Source: Podarcis pityusensis (lineage: Eukaryota). Taken from it: DNA of 64,000 nucleotides. The stretch is taken from assembly GCA_964106645.2 (NCBI GenBank), contig OZ067051.1, one strand, 5' to 3'. Below, piece by piece: positions 13,601 to 24,500 of this stretch. Under the pieces are notes generated by a model. That model was not told the origin of the DNA. It worked only from the letters and a program-made list of their open reading frames with translations, and made no database searches. A program made the position numbers and the translations under genes. Position 1 is the stretch's first letter. Each line of letters opens with the position of its first letter.

Positions 13601-16600
13601 GTCCCACCTCAATACAAGCAACAAATGGGGAGTCAACCCCCCTATACCACTTTACTATGTATTTAATTTAAAGCATTTTTACCCACCCTCTCACCCCTTA
13701 GGCAAGAAGATTGCCAGGGCTGCCTTGTTTGCAAAAACCAGGAGCAGGATTTTAACCCCAGACTCCGCTGGGAAGACGCTTGCCAACCGAAAGCACAGTG
13801 CAGGGAGCATCCTGCCCACCCTAGAAAGTACTAAAATAAGGCTCCACCACGCAGAGCAGAGGCCCCAGGCTCCAACAGAGGAGGAAGCTAATCCAGATAG
13901 CCAGTCCAAGGACAGACTTGCCAGGTGCACACACCTGCTGTGACAACAGGGTGAACAGTTTACATTCAGTGTGCTCCCTTCCCCCCCTCCACAAATAAAA
14001 AACAAGCTGATGACAACATAAAGCCACTGCACTGCCTGAAACTGAAAGTTCTTCTGAGACTTCCTGACTATGCTCACAACCATTCACAAGAAATAGACAA
14101 ACTAACCCTGTGCCTTGGGGGGGGGGGGAGACAAGACACAAATCAGTGACTCTTGCAGAGGCAGCATGAGTGGCTGGGGTAACCCAGTCACATGGGCAGG
14201 GTACAAATAAAATAATTATCATCATCATCACCATCCTCCTCTCTTTGCTGAACAAGCCAGCTTACTAACTGAACGTTATAATAATTACAGCATCCTGGTT
14301 TGCCATGAAACAGAGCCACTCCAAATCCTTGTAAGCAAAAAGCAGACTTTGGGCCCTGGAGCCCACATGCCTTTTGCATCAGACAAGGAGTCTTGCGACA
14401 CCTTAAAGACCAACGCCTGAGATTCTGCACTACAGAACTACTTGATTTGAGGCAAAGTGAGCTTTTGTGAAATGGGCGGGGCTCCTCGGTGGCACTTTCT
14501 GTATAAAACTTTGAGATCTTGACCAGTCCGTGCCCAGAACCTTCCAGAAGCATGGGAGGATAGCTTGTGAGCAGAAACGCGTTTCTCCATGAGTCAGAAA
14601 AGGAACGGTCCAGCCAAAGTGAGGCATGAGAACGCTCTGCTGACTCCTCTGGGAGAATAGAGCAAAGGGCACCTTCCCTCCCTGCATCTAAAAATACCAG
14701 GCTGTTTGGTTGAGAGTGGTAAATATTCATAATTTGCCACAGAAATATATCTGACAGATCATAACGCTTTGCCTCAGGTATAAGATCCCCACTGATTCCC
14801 TTTGTGTAGGAAAGTCAGCTTTAGTTCAATGACTTTGGTAACAGTCCCATGCTCCACATTTTAAAAGTATCCGTCAAATCTAGTTGAAGACATAAAGCTA
14901 TAATGGCGGGGTAATGAGGACCTCCAGTGGGAGGGTACTCCACAGGACCAGCCCCACAACCAAAAAGGCCCTGCTCCTCACAACCAGTGCTGCAGGACCC
15001 AAGATAAGAGCTGTTAAGACAGTGGAAAGGTGTCCCTCGGGAAGTTGTGGACTCTCCTTCCTTGGAGGTTTTTAAGGAGATGTTGGATGGCCATCTGTCA
15101 TGGATGCTTTTGCTGAGATTCCTGCACTGCAGGGGGTTGGACTGGATGACCACTGGGTCCCTCCCAGCTCCACAATTCTATTATATTTTACAAGTGCACA
15201 TTATATTCCCAGGCAACTATTTAAATCAGAGGATCCTAAAATAGCTTCCTTTAACATAGCGGTTTGGGAGAAGATCCTCAGTTCAAGAGACACTCATTTC
15301 TTCAGTCATCTGGATGAGACAATCATCCTGACACCCCTTGAGCAGCTAGGATGAGCAGGACTTGCACACAAGATGCTCCAGTTCCAACCCTGGAGCTGAA
15401 AAGTCCTGGCTCAGATTAGAGCTGCACGCTGTAATTGACAGCACGTTCCTACACCACCACACAAAGAACTGCAGTTTGGTAAGAGTGCTGGGAACTGTAG
15501 CTCAGTGAATGGTAAACTACAGTTCCCGGGATTATTTCTGGGGGGTGTTTAAATGAATAGTATATATACACCCACATATGCCTCACTGCCTCTAACGGGG
15601 TCATCCACTCCTTTCTGCTGGGCAAATTCCAGGTATAGGTTTGTGGGGACAGTGGACACTCGGGCTGCGAACGTGATCCGGGCGGGATGCACGTTCGCAA
15701 CCCGCATCTGCGCGGGTTGTGATTCAGCGCTTCTGTGCATGCGCAATTTAGTGTTTCTGCGTATGCGCGACCGCCGAAACCCGGAAGTAACCCATTCAGG
15801 TACTTCCGGGTTTCGGCGGTCCGCAACCCCAAAAAACACAACCTGAAGCGGCTGTAACCCGAGGTATGACTGTACTTCTGTCCCGTGACATTTGCCATTC
15901 TGCCCCCATGTTTTTCAGCCTTTATGTGAAGCCACTGAATGAGCTCACCCACTGGTGAAAACCAGATCTGTCGGGAAAGGGTTTGGAAACAATAATGGAC
16001 TAGATGAGGCCCAGTAAACTGAAAAGCCAACCTGACAAGGTAGAACCATCTGACAGCTTTGTGTGTCCAGGATGGTGGTGCTCCACATGCTCTGGAGGAG
16101 CTGTACTCTCCCTAAAGCAAGGGTCCCCAGCATTTCTGGGTATTTAAAAAAATCTAAGAGCTGTCAGGGCCACCACAAAGTACCCATTTCACAGAAGAAA
16201 AACTAGGGATGCTCATAAACATTCCCTGCAACAGACAAACCCCACTGTCCGTGAATCGTTCCAAGGCCTAAGGATGAAGGGTGGTATACAAATTTAATAA
16301 ATAACAGTAATAGCCCCTTTTGCACCTCACCAACCAGGCCTGATTCTATAGCCGGCAGTTCCAGAGCCACCAAAGAGGAATCCCTTCCTGCGGCCAGCTT
16401 TGAAACTACGCCTAGAGAGATAGGAAAGGACAGAGCAACCATCCTTATTGCCTGTAGACAGATCCTGTGGCTGTTTTCGATGCTGCCATTTCCTGGCAGT
16501 TTGGCATAGCAGGAACTGGGCAGCAGCATTATTCACACAGCCCACCCACAAAAAGTAGCAGCAATGACTTATGAAAGAATGTAGGTTTTAAAGTAAGGCT

Positions 16601-18072
16601 TTGACGTTTTTTAAAATCCCCCTGCTGCCACCAGTACAGAGAGCCAGGCTGATGTAATAGTTACCGACTGCTGGATTAGGGGTGGGGAGATCCAGGTTCA
16701 AATGCCCATCAGCCCAAAAGTTCATTGGCTGATCCCTGGTTAGCCCTGTCTCTCAGCCTAACCTACCTCACAGGGTTGTTGGGAGGATGAAATGGGATAG
16801 GGAGAACCTTCAGGTCTTTGCAGGAATGCTGGCAAACAATGTAAAATGGACAGCTCATTTCCCCCACTTTCTACATGGAAAGGGTAGCTTGGATTAGCAG
16901 GCAGAAATCCAACAGGTTATGGCAAGGGTTCAGCTCTTTAACTTGCCTCCCCCCCTACTCAGACCCATTTCCAGCCTAAACCCAGCACTCAGCTGCAGGC
17001 AGAAACCTTGAGCTTCATCCACTTGCACAGAGGGGTGTCATCCACAGAGGTCACAAGAAATAGGGAACACACGGTCGCCTGAGCCCAGCAACACTGAAAT
17101 ATTGGGACTCTTCCAATGTTTTCTAGCTCTCAATACTTCCCTGGGATGCCAAGGTGTCTCCTACAAAATGTGAGGGCGGCTAAGCACTGCCTCGCTGGTA
17201 TGACACCTTTTGCATCTAGTCCAGCCCTGAAACTCCTCCTCACAGAAACCAGCGAGTTATCCGCTGACGCCCACGTGGAAAGGTAGACTGCCCTCAACCA
17301 CGGAGGTTTGATTCGCTCAAAGGCTGCCACCCTGCTCGGTGGGAGCCAAGCCTCCTGCACTTGGTGAAGCGAGGCATCCATGGAGCTGGGAGAACGGGCA
17401 GTTCGTGCCGAGGACCCGCCCCAGGAGCTGCACGTCGCCGCCCTTCCTGCTCGGGGAGGGGAGCGGTCCTTACCCCGCCCCATGGCCCCTAAAATCGGGC
17501 CTCCTCCTCTTCCTCTCCCCCCCCCCCGGTCCTCCCGGGAAAAGAAAGAGCGCGAGAGAAAGCGGCTGCTTCGCTCAAAGATGCCCAACAGGGGACCCGG
17601 CCCGTGACCCCGCGAAAGGCGACAGCGCGTGCAAACGAGCCCGAGAGAAACGCGCGCCGCTCGGCGAGGCAGGCCGTTCACACGATCAATCCGGGGAGCG
17701 CTGCTTCCCGCCCGCCCGCCCGCCCGCCCGCCATGTTGAGGGGGCGATGGGGAGGCAGGGGGCGCGGAGACTTTCACAGCGGGCCCGGCTTCCTGCTCGG
17801 CCAAATAAACCCACAGCCCCGGGCCAAGCAAGCCAGCGTCCTCCTCCCCCGCCAGTCGGAACGATTCCTCCGGGCCCGGTAAGGGCTGTGCCTGGGCGCC
17901 AGCTCCAAGAAAGCGGCCCCGGCGGAGTAGGAGGAGACGCTGGCACTAAACCGACGGCCCGAGGCATCTCTCAAGCCGCAAGCAACGCGCCCTTCCCTCC
18001 CTCGGCCCCAGACTCACAGCCGTAGTGGGGCCGGGCCACGCCCGCCCCGTCGATCTCCTCCGGAGTGGCCAT
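504..18072 (-). CDS. IQGAP1: IQGAP1 (Ras GTPase-activating-like protein), 5' part: coding exons 1-3; gene continues beyond the left edge
   Basis: Exons 18018-18072, 13266-13365 and 504-660 splice in frame to MATPEEIDGAGVARPHYGSVLDNERMTAEEMDERRRQNVAYEYLCHLEEAKRWMEACLNEELPPTTELEEGLRNGVYLAKLGNFFSPKVVSLKKIYDREQTRYK, near-identical to the IQGAP1 N-terminus/CH domain. Confidence 0.96.
1166..1388. mobile_element. Tc1/mariner (Tigger/pogo-like) MITE nested in the hAT element
   Basis: TIR CAGTGGTACCTC..GGTTAC, TA TSDs; second copy at 6954-7195. Confidence 0.88.
1601..1632. repeat. (CA)n microsatellite
   Basis: Directly visible. Confidence 0.95.
1836..1859. repeat. (CAG)n microsatellite, intronic
   Basis: Directly visible. 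Confidence 0.95.
4066..4220 (-). mobile_element. L2-type LINE 3' end with (AAT)n tail
   Basis: Reverse-complement homolog of 58446-58584; microsatellite tail. Confidence 0.7.
4970..5257 (-). mobile_element. Sauria SINE (5'-truncated)
   Basis: (AAAGGT)n tail and body similar to the other copies. Confidence 0.88.
6954..7195. mobile_element. Tc1/mariner-like MITE, second copy
   Basis: Highly similar to 1166-1388; TA TSDs. Confidence 0.88.
8490..8819 (+). mobile_element. Sauria SINE
   Basis: GGGACGCGGG head, characteristic body, (ACCTTT)n tail. Confidence 0.9.
8843..8983 (+). mobile_element. tRNA-derived SINE with CR1-type tail
   Basis: TAGCT..GGTTAGAGC A-box-like head and GGACTAGATGATC...TTCCAACTCTATAATTCTATGA tail. 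Confidence 0.7.
10103..10442 (-). mobile_element. Sauria SINE
   Basis: tRNA-like B box (GGTTCGAATCC on the minus strand) and body. Confidence 0.9.
13266..13365 (-). CDS. IQGAP1: IQGAP1 exon 2
   Basis: VLDNERMTAEEMDERRRQNVAYEYLCHLEEAKR; CAG acceptor, GTAAG donor; 100 bp. Confidence 0.96.
15007..15183 (+). mobile_element. CR1 LINE 3' fragment
   Basis: VVDSPSLEVFKEMLDGHL ORF2 end plus CR1 3'UTR tail. Confidence 0.8.
15650..15872. mobile_element. Tc1/mariner-like MITE, related family
   Basis: Imperfect TIRs CAGTGGACACTCGGG / CCCGAGGTATGACTG-TA; internal 21-bp perfect inverted repeat. Confidence 0.75.
16650..16805 (+). mobile_element. MIR/CORE-like SINE
   Basis: GGTTCAAAT B box and CTCAGCCTAACCTACCTCACAGGGTTGTT core. 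Confidence 0.65.
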
Positions 18073-18950
18073 GAGGACGAGCCGAGGCAGAGGGAGCAGC
18101 GGCGGTTCCGTCTAATCGGAGCCCGTCGGTCGTCCGGCCGGGACGAGAAGGCTGCTGCTGTTTCTCAGGCTGCGGCGGCTGCTCGGAACGCGGGAGGGGA
18201 GTGTCCGCTCCGTCCGTTGGGCGGCGGCGAGGAGGTGGAGGCGGAGGGGAAGGCGGTAGGGAGCGGCCGCCCGTTCTCCTTCCTGGCGCGGTGGCGGCGC
18301 TGTCGGGCCAGCCCAGCGGGGTGTGTCTCCGGCTGCACCTCCCAGCCCAACCAGCTTGGCAGGAGCCTCCGCCAGGTCGCCCCGCCCAGTGGGCACTTGC
18401 TGGAAGAAGCGGCGGCTGGAGCCTCTCCGGGGAGCGACGCAGCGGGGAAAGGGCTCCCACCGGAGAAGAGCCCGAGAGGCGATGCACGGCCCCTTTCCTA
18501 AAGACGCGCGCCTCCGCGGAGAACCTCCATGCCCAGAGGCAGGATACCCCGTTCTTGCCGACGAAGAAGGTCTTGCCTTCGTATTGCCCGCTTTCCGCCT
18601 CCTTGTTGCGGCTCCGGGCTAGCTGCGGTTGGAAACAGGACACTGGGGCAAAGGGACCCATTTGGGAAGCGGGGGTGGTGTTCTGCCCCGTTGCAGTTTG
18701 CAACTCTGCATTGCCAACTCCGCGCCCAGTGCAATCGCGAAGGATCTGCAGGAAACAGGCGGACGCCACCACGGAGCGAGCTGCCTCCGCTTCATCGGGA
18801 AGGAGGGAGCGCCACCGATATAAAGGCAGCTCCAGTACGATCTAGTTATACTATACGGGGATGAGAGGCATTGGAGGGCTTCAGCCCTGCTTGGTAGCAA
18901 ATCGGTTGCTTGTTCCCTGAGGAAAGAGGAGACATTCTGCGCATGCTCAG
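17330..18950. promoter_or_regulatory. CpG island / IQGAP1 promoter
   Basis: High GC and CpG density around exon 1; NRF1-like TGCGCATGCTC near 18939. Confidence 0.85.
18018..18072 (-). CDS. IQGAP1: IQGAP1 exon 1
   Basis: ATG at 18072, MATPEEIDGAGVARPHYG, donor GTGAGT, inside a CpG island. Confidence 0.93.
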
Positions 18951-19180
18951 TGGGGGTGGGTGGCACCTCAAAGCGGGAGGAATCAAGCTCACAACGGGGC
19001 ACATTGATATAAGAGGGGCGGGGAAGGTTCGTTTCCTTTAATGATGGCAGATTTTGGCGAGCCCACGAAGAAACGAGGCCGTATTTCGGTTTGCTGGAAT
19101 TTTTTTCCTGCCCTCATAGGAGTCACGCCGAGGAGTCTTCGCTGCCCCCCAATAAAATAATTGAGAGGTCCAGCCCCCCC

Positions 19181-19360
19181 CATAGCTGTCAACTTTCAGA
19201 TTTGAAAATAAGGGATCAGCAGCCTCAAAAATAAGCGATCAGCAGCCTCACCTGTCCCGGGGACAGCCTGCGGGATATCTAACAATCCGGGATAGCAGCG
19301 GGAAACAGCGCTGGAATAAGGGAATTTCCCGCAAAAAAAAAGGGAAGGTTGACAGCTATG
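19181..19360. mobile_element. hAT-type MITE
   Basis: TIR CATAGCTGTCAAC / GTTGACAGCTATG, inserted in a poly-C target. Confidence 0.8.
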
Positions 19361-19534
19361 CCCCCCCCCCCCAGTTGATGGTTATTGCCATTCAAATTGT
19401 GTGCCTGCACCCTGCCACGTGATCGATTGTGCGGGGCGGGGCTTGCCTGCCCTCCCATATTTTATTCAAGTTGGCAACCCTGCCACCAACTGGAAACCAT
19501 AAGAAAAATTAAGATTTTTTTTATTAGGTAGCAA

Positions 19535-20059
19535 CAGTGCTTTTTAAAAAAAAAAAAATGTTTAGGGGTACTCTCTTTTTTAAATATATTTTTATTAAGT
19601 ACAAATTAGAAAACATACATATTCACAACGAAAGAAAATACAAAAGAAAAAGAAAATACATCTAACCAAGGGAAAAAAATTAGAGAATATTTTGTCTCTT
19701 TTCATATTTACAGTTATTTATACCTCTATAAAATGCTATTCACAATAAAGCAGTGAAATGAAAGATAAGATATCAGAAAAAAGAAAAAAAGAACAAAGAA
19801 AGAATAAAGAAGTAAGAGAAAAAGATCAGAAGTGAAAAATTTTAAAAGTAGATAAGTACTCACAATACATAGCCATTTCCCATCTATATTTATATTAAAT
19901 TGTATAATTTCATCTTGTCCTTATCCTACCTTAAATAGTTTTTTGTTTTTAGGGGTACTCTCATTTTTCTACTCATATTGAAATACTGCCCCTCAATGAG
20001 GCCAAACTTAGATTCACAAAATGTTTAGGGGTATGCATCCCCCCTGAAAAAAAGCGCTG
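19535..20059. mobile_element. hAT-type MITE interrupted by a retro-insertion
   Basis: TIR CAGTGCTTTTT / AAAAAGCGCTG; perfect 8-bp TSD GGTAGCAA. Confidence 0.85.
19576..19947 (-). mobile_element. AT-rich LINE(L1-like) 3'UTR insertion
   Basis: Starts with a T-tract (antisense polyA); flanked by a 15-bp TSD TTTAGGGGTACTCTC. Confidence 0.7.
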
Positions 20060-20440
20060 GGTAGCAATCTCTCTCACACACACACTTACACATGCGCGTG
20101 TAGCAGCCAATATCAGAGTCCCTCCTCTTTGTAACTTAGTTCTGATTTAAACCTCCGGATATATTATTTCAGGCTACAATTCAGATTTTTAAAATGACCC
20201 CGCAAATGCAGCCAGTCCACCATCGTTCTCCGACTGAGAGCTGCTTATAATACCCTCTATAGAGTTTCCATATTTAAAAAAGTGAAAATCCGGACACAAA
20301 AGCCTGCCCCCCTCAAAATCGTGTCTCCACTAATGGGAGTCCCCCCATATATCAAGCGGTTGGAAAGTGTTTCTTTTTTTACATAGCCACGTGCAGTTCA
20401 CCTGTGGCTGTGATGTCATTGCTGCCCCCCCTCGTGGCTC

Positions 20441-20971
20441 CATGGGTGTAGGCAGGGGGGCAGCTGCTGCCCCCAAATCAAATAATTAAAAGTATTGCAG
20501 TTTTCAAAGAGCAATTTAAAGAGCATTTTATGAGCATCATTGAAGGGTTGGAGAGATTATCACTAGAAGGAAATGGCAACACGAGGAAATGGACACTCCA
20601 GCTAGATTCTGCTGCCACCAAAGCTCAATTCATCCTTGCTGCCACTCTGTTAGCCAAATATTCTGCTTTATCGGAACCTGTGGTAAATGCCCTAGTGTCT
20701 AAAAAGCGAGTGCTTTGTAATTTTGTAAAATATATTCGTTAACCGCAAGAAAGGTACTCCCTGATGTTAATTTTTTAATTTAACTTTCTAGTTTTCAAAT
20801 GACTGAAGATTTTGAGATTTTCCTGAACACTTGGGGCCAAAAGAAAGTAATTTAAAACAACTGTAGCTGGGACATTTAATTCCGAATCTGCTAGACAGAG
20901 CCAGACAGAGGATGATGACAGGTGAGTGTCCTGCTCCCCCCGCCCCCCCCCAAATCCTAGCTACGCCCACG
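20441..20971 (+). mobile_element. hAT deletion derivative with transposase remnant
   Basis: TIRs CATGGGTGTAGGCAGG / CCTAGCTACGCCCACG, degenerate 8-bp TSD; ORF 20530-20742 resembles a hAT (PRKRIR/ZMYM-like) transposase segment. Confidence 0.65.
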
Positions 20972-21419
20972 CGGGGCACCTTACGAATTCCATTCTGAAA
21001 CCCGCCCCTCCTCCATCCAAAGTCGCGGGCGGTTTGAACGCAGCCCCGCAGCCGAGAGCCTCCTGCCTCTGCTATCTTTTGCTAGCTCTACACATACAAG
21101 CAGTGCATTGAAAGCACATCCCCTCCTCGCCCCCAAAATCTTCCCTGCAGCGCCTGCTGCGATTGGCTTCCTCGCCCGTGTTTCGGTTTTTTTGCAAAGC
21201 CGCGCACAGATCTCCTGCTGCCGCTCTCCTCGCGGTTTGAAGCGCTGTCCCGCTCAGCTTTGCAAGTGCTCGGCCAACGAGCCACGCGCGGTGAGGGCCG
21301 CCTGTCCTTCCCAACCTTTTGCTAGCTCTATGCGCTCGGAGGCGGTAGGCGCGCGCACCCCCTCCTTTTCCCGTCGGGCCTTGCGGGGCGCCGTGGTTCG
21401 CTCTTCGCCGGCCGCCGCG

Positions 21420-21506
21420 ATGATCCACGAGCTGCTACTGGCGCTGCGCGGCTACACCGGAGGCCTCTTCGTCGCCGTTGGAGGCGGCGGCAGCGTCTGC
21501 CTGCAG
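21420..21506 (+). CDS. TUBGCP4: TUBGCP4 exon 1
   Basis: [29 protein letters not shown]; donor GTGGCG. Confidence 0.9.
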
Positions 21507-24500
21507 GTGGCGTCCCGCTCCGCCCCCCGGGGAAGAGGCGCCCCAGGCCGCCGCCGCCTCCCACCCTAACCGGCTTCTCGTTGCCCTCCCCTCCCGCAGG
21601 TGCCTCAGGAGCCGGTGCTGCCGCCTTTCCTTCACCCGAGCGAGGCCGCCCTCCTGGCCCGCGTCTGCCGCCTCGGCGCCTTCTACATTCGCTTCAGCGA
21701 CTTCGTCGAGCAGTTCGCAGCCGAGCACGTCCAGCCGCCGCCCTCGCAAGGAGGCCCCTCGCAGGGCGGGCAGCAGCAGCAGCAGCCTCCCCCCGGCGCC
21801 CCGTCAGCCCCTTCAGCAGCAGCAGCCCTGCCCGTGCAGCCGCAGGTGAGCGGTCCCCTGAGCATGTGCAGAGGTAGGCAAGCGACGCCCCCACTTTTGC
21901 CCGCTTGCCTGTCCCTTCTCCGGCCGTTTATGTGCAGTGACCCTCTGCGGAAGCGACTCGGCCCTTTCCCTCACAGGCTGGTTCTCTCCATCCGTTCTCA
22001 AGGCCCAAAACAGCCAGGACATGAAGGGCTGCAGCCGGCCGCCTCCACATCTCTCTCCCTCCTGCCCCTCAATACCCAGAAGGGCCCCACATCCCTGTCA
22101 ATGAGGTCCTCCGAGGTTTATTTTTCCGTTGGCTTTCTTTTTTCAATTGCTGGGCCTTGGGCTTGTTCATTGTTTTGGCTGCTTTTATGGAAGAATGTTG
22201 TACTGTAATACTGCTGTCATTTTGAACAGTGATGTTTGTGGAGGAGCTTTCTTGAAAAGCAAGGTGTGCATTTATTGAACAAGCCCTCCTCCTAACTGCA
22301 CCTCCTGTGCAAGGGCTTTTGTGGCAGGATGCAGTCCCAGAACAATGGAGGGACAGGGGGGTTGCGTTGCCTTTGGGTCGCTTCCACTCATGGCAATAGA
22401 GGTGGTTCTGGAGCCTTATTCATGCCAGGAGATTAACCATTCCTTGATCCACTTTCAGGATCTGCACCCCTCCCAGCAAGGGATTTATCTGCGGGCTTTC
22501 TGCACTGGGCTTGATGCTGTGCTGCATCCATACCGGCAGGCCCTGCTTGACTTGGAGCAGGAGGTAAGGAGGACACAGTGGGTTTCTGTAGTAAATATTG
22601 CATGATGCTCTGCCCATCAAATCCAACTGCAGGTTTTTGTCACTAATAGTGGTTTGTTAATCTGTATTAATGACTCCTTTTCACTAAGTCACCCCACAAC
22701 TAGACATTGTACAAGAATAGAGCATAAATGACTACTTGCTTGCTTAGCAGAGAGAGCACCAATCAGATTTCATCTGTTGATGGTGTCCTTCATTATAAAC
22801 AGAGACAAAATCATTAGCCATGCAGACAAAAATGCTGATGAGCATTAAATTCCAGCACTATGGCTGCGTAGCTCTGTAGCAGCTAAACCACAGAGGAGGT
22901 GTTGGCCCCTTGAAGCAAGAGAAGACAGGCTTCTCTTCTGGTAAGCAGCAGGGTCACGGCATCTACCTGTCTGAGCCAGTTACAAAATTGAAGCTCAGAG
23001 AGAAGAACTGGTTGCAGCTACCTTCTGAGCTTTGGGGGTGTGGCGGGGGGCACGGAAAGAGAGACATGGCTATAAAAGGACAGCAGGTCTAACACCAAGC
23101 TCTAAAACGCCCCAGGGGATCTGGTTACTGGCAGCCAGTCAGTTCCAGCCTAGTACTCTGGGTGTAAGTCAAGGTTCGGCAGCAGCCACAGACCCAAAAT
23201 GAGCCCAGAGTGAGTGCAGGGCTGGGGCAACTTATTGACCATGATGCCCAAAGCACCAACTCATGAGCTCCCAGGTGCACAGTACTGGAAGGCAAGAGCT
23301 GGGAAAGCACAATTGAAGAGGATGAAGGAATCTCCCAAACAGGCAGCAACATGGGGGGAGGAGGTTGGGGGGGAGAGCAGGCAAGGAGCAGAAGGAGGTG
23401 GTGAGAAAAGGCTAGTTGAGAGAATGGGCAAGAGGAGCTTAATGCAATATTGAAAGCTGAGGCTGGAGGAGGCTCCCTTCTTCACAGAAGCAGGGGCTAA
23501 GGCTGGAGGTGGTTCCAGACCCAGCAGGTGCTTACCTGACAAGCCAACCTGCACCAAGTTTCTGTATTTTCCCTGACTTCGGGCATAGGGCTCCACAGCC
23601 AAAGATTGTCTGTGCCTCAAAGCAGCACTTACCAATTTGTAATTTAAAAGCAGCAGGCCAGTGTAGGCAACAAATATACTGAATAAACCTGCTTTGTTAT
23701 CCCACTGCTTTGACCTAAAAGGTCTGGACACGGACAGTTCTTGACATGCCAGCCAGTGTCATGCATTGCTAATACCACCCATGTATGTTGGATCTCTGTA
23801 GGAAACAGTGCCATCCGCATAACTGCTATATTCAAAAAGCTCCAGGGAGTGCTCCTTCCCTGCTTGTTCAACTTAGGAGTTGCAAAACAACAAGTCAAAA
23901 CAAAGTCTTACTCCAGTCTCTTACCTCCACCTTTCATTTTTTGCAGTTTCTGGCCGATCCTCACCTTACCATCTCGCATGTCAATTATTCGCTGGATCAA
24001 GTGAGTTCTCCCTGCCCATACCTCCATTCTGTTAGAGGAGCTGCCTTCTCTGGATTGTGCCTTCTCTTCATGGTTGCCTGCTGAAAAGAGGCTTGCCTAT
24101 ATGAGTGAGCTGTATTAGTTCACACTGTCTTGAATAAGGTCTGGAGGTCTGTTTTGAAGGGCAGGACCTCAACTGCTCTTGCTCTTGTCTGGCTGAGCCC
24201 TGGAGCTCTAGCACAAGGGATGAGGCTCCACGGCCACTTTCCTGTCTCCGATCCTTTTCCTGCAGTGGAATAAATAAAAAATCTGAGGCAGGAGCAAGCC
24301 TTGACACAACCTCCATAAAGGCAAGGAATCTCTTCCTTCCCTCAGTCGAATTCATTGGCTATCCCAATCTCTGTAAGGGCCCTCCTGCCCCAAAGGACAT
24401 CCTGTGAACTGCCAGTGTGAGCAATGGGCGAGTACTTTCTTGAGTCTCTCAGAGAGAGGCTCTTGGGACACAGGAAGCTTGGAAAGAGAGATACAAGGTT

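Larger units (their letters stand above)
20970..21960. promoter_or_regulatory. CpG island / TUBGCP4 promoter with CDE-CHR and CCAAT
   Basis: CGCGG-gcgg-TTTGAA at 21024-21038, second TTTGAA at 21236-21241, ATTGG at 21162, GC box. Confidence 0.8.

Noticed and set aside
17130-18864. Multiple 200-250 aa ORFs around IQGAP1 exon 1
   Set aside because: GC-rich, low-complexity R/G/P/A translations with no recognisable domain; the true exon 1 is in a frame not listed in the ORF track.
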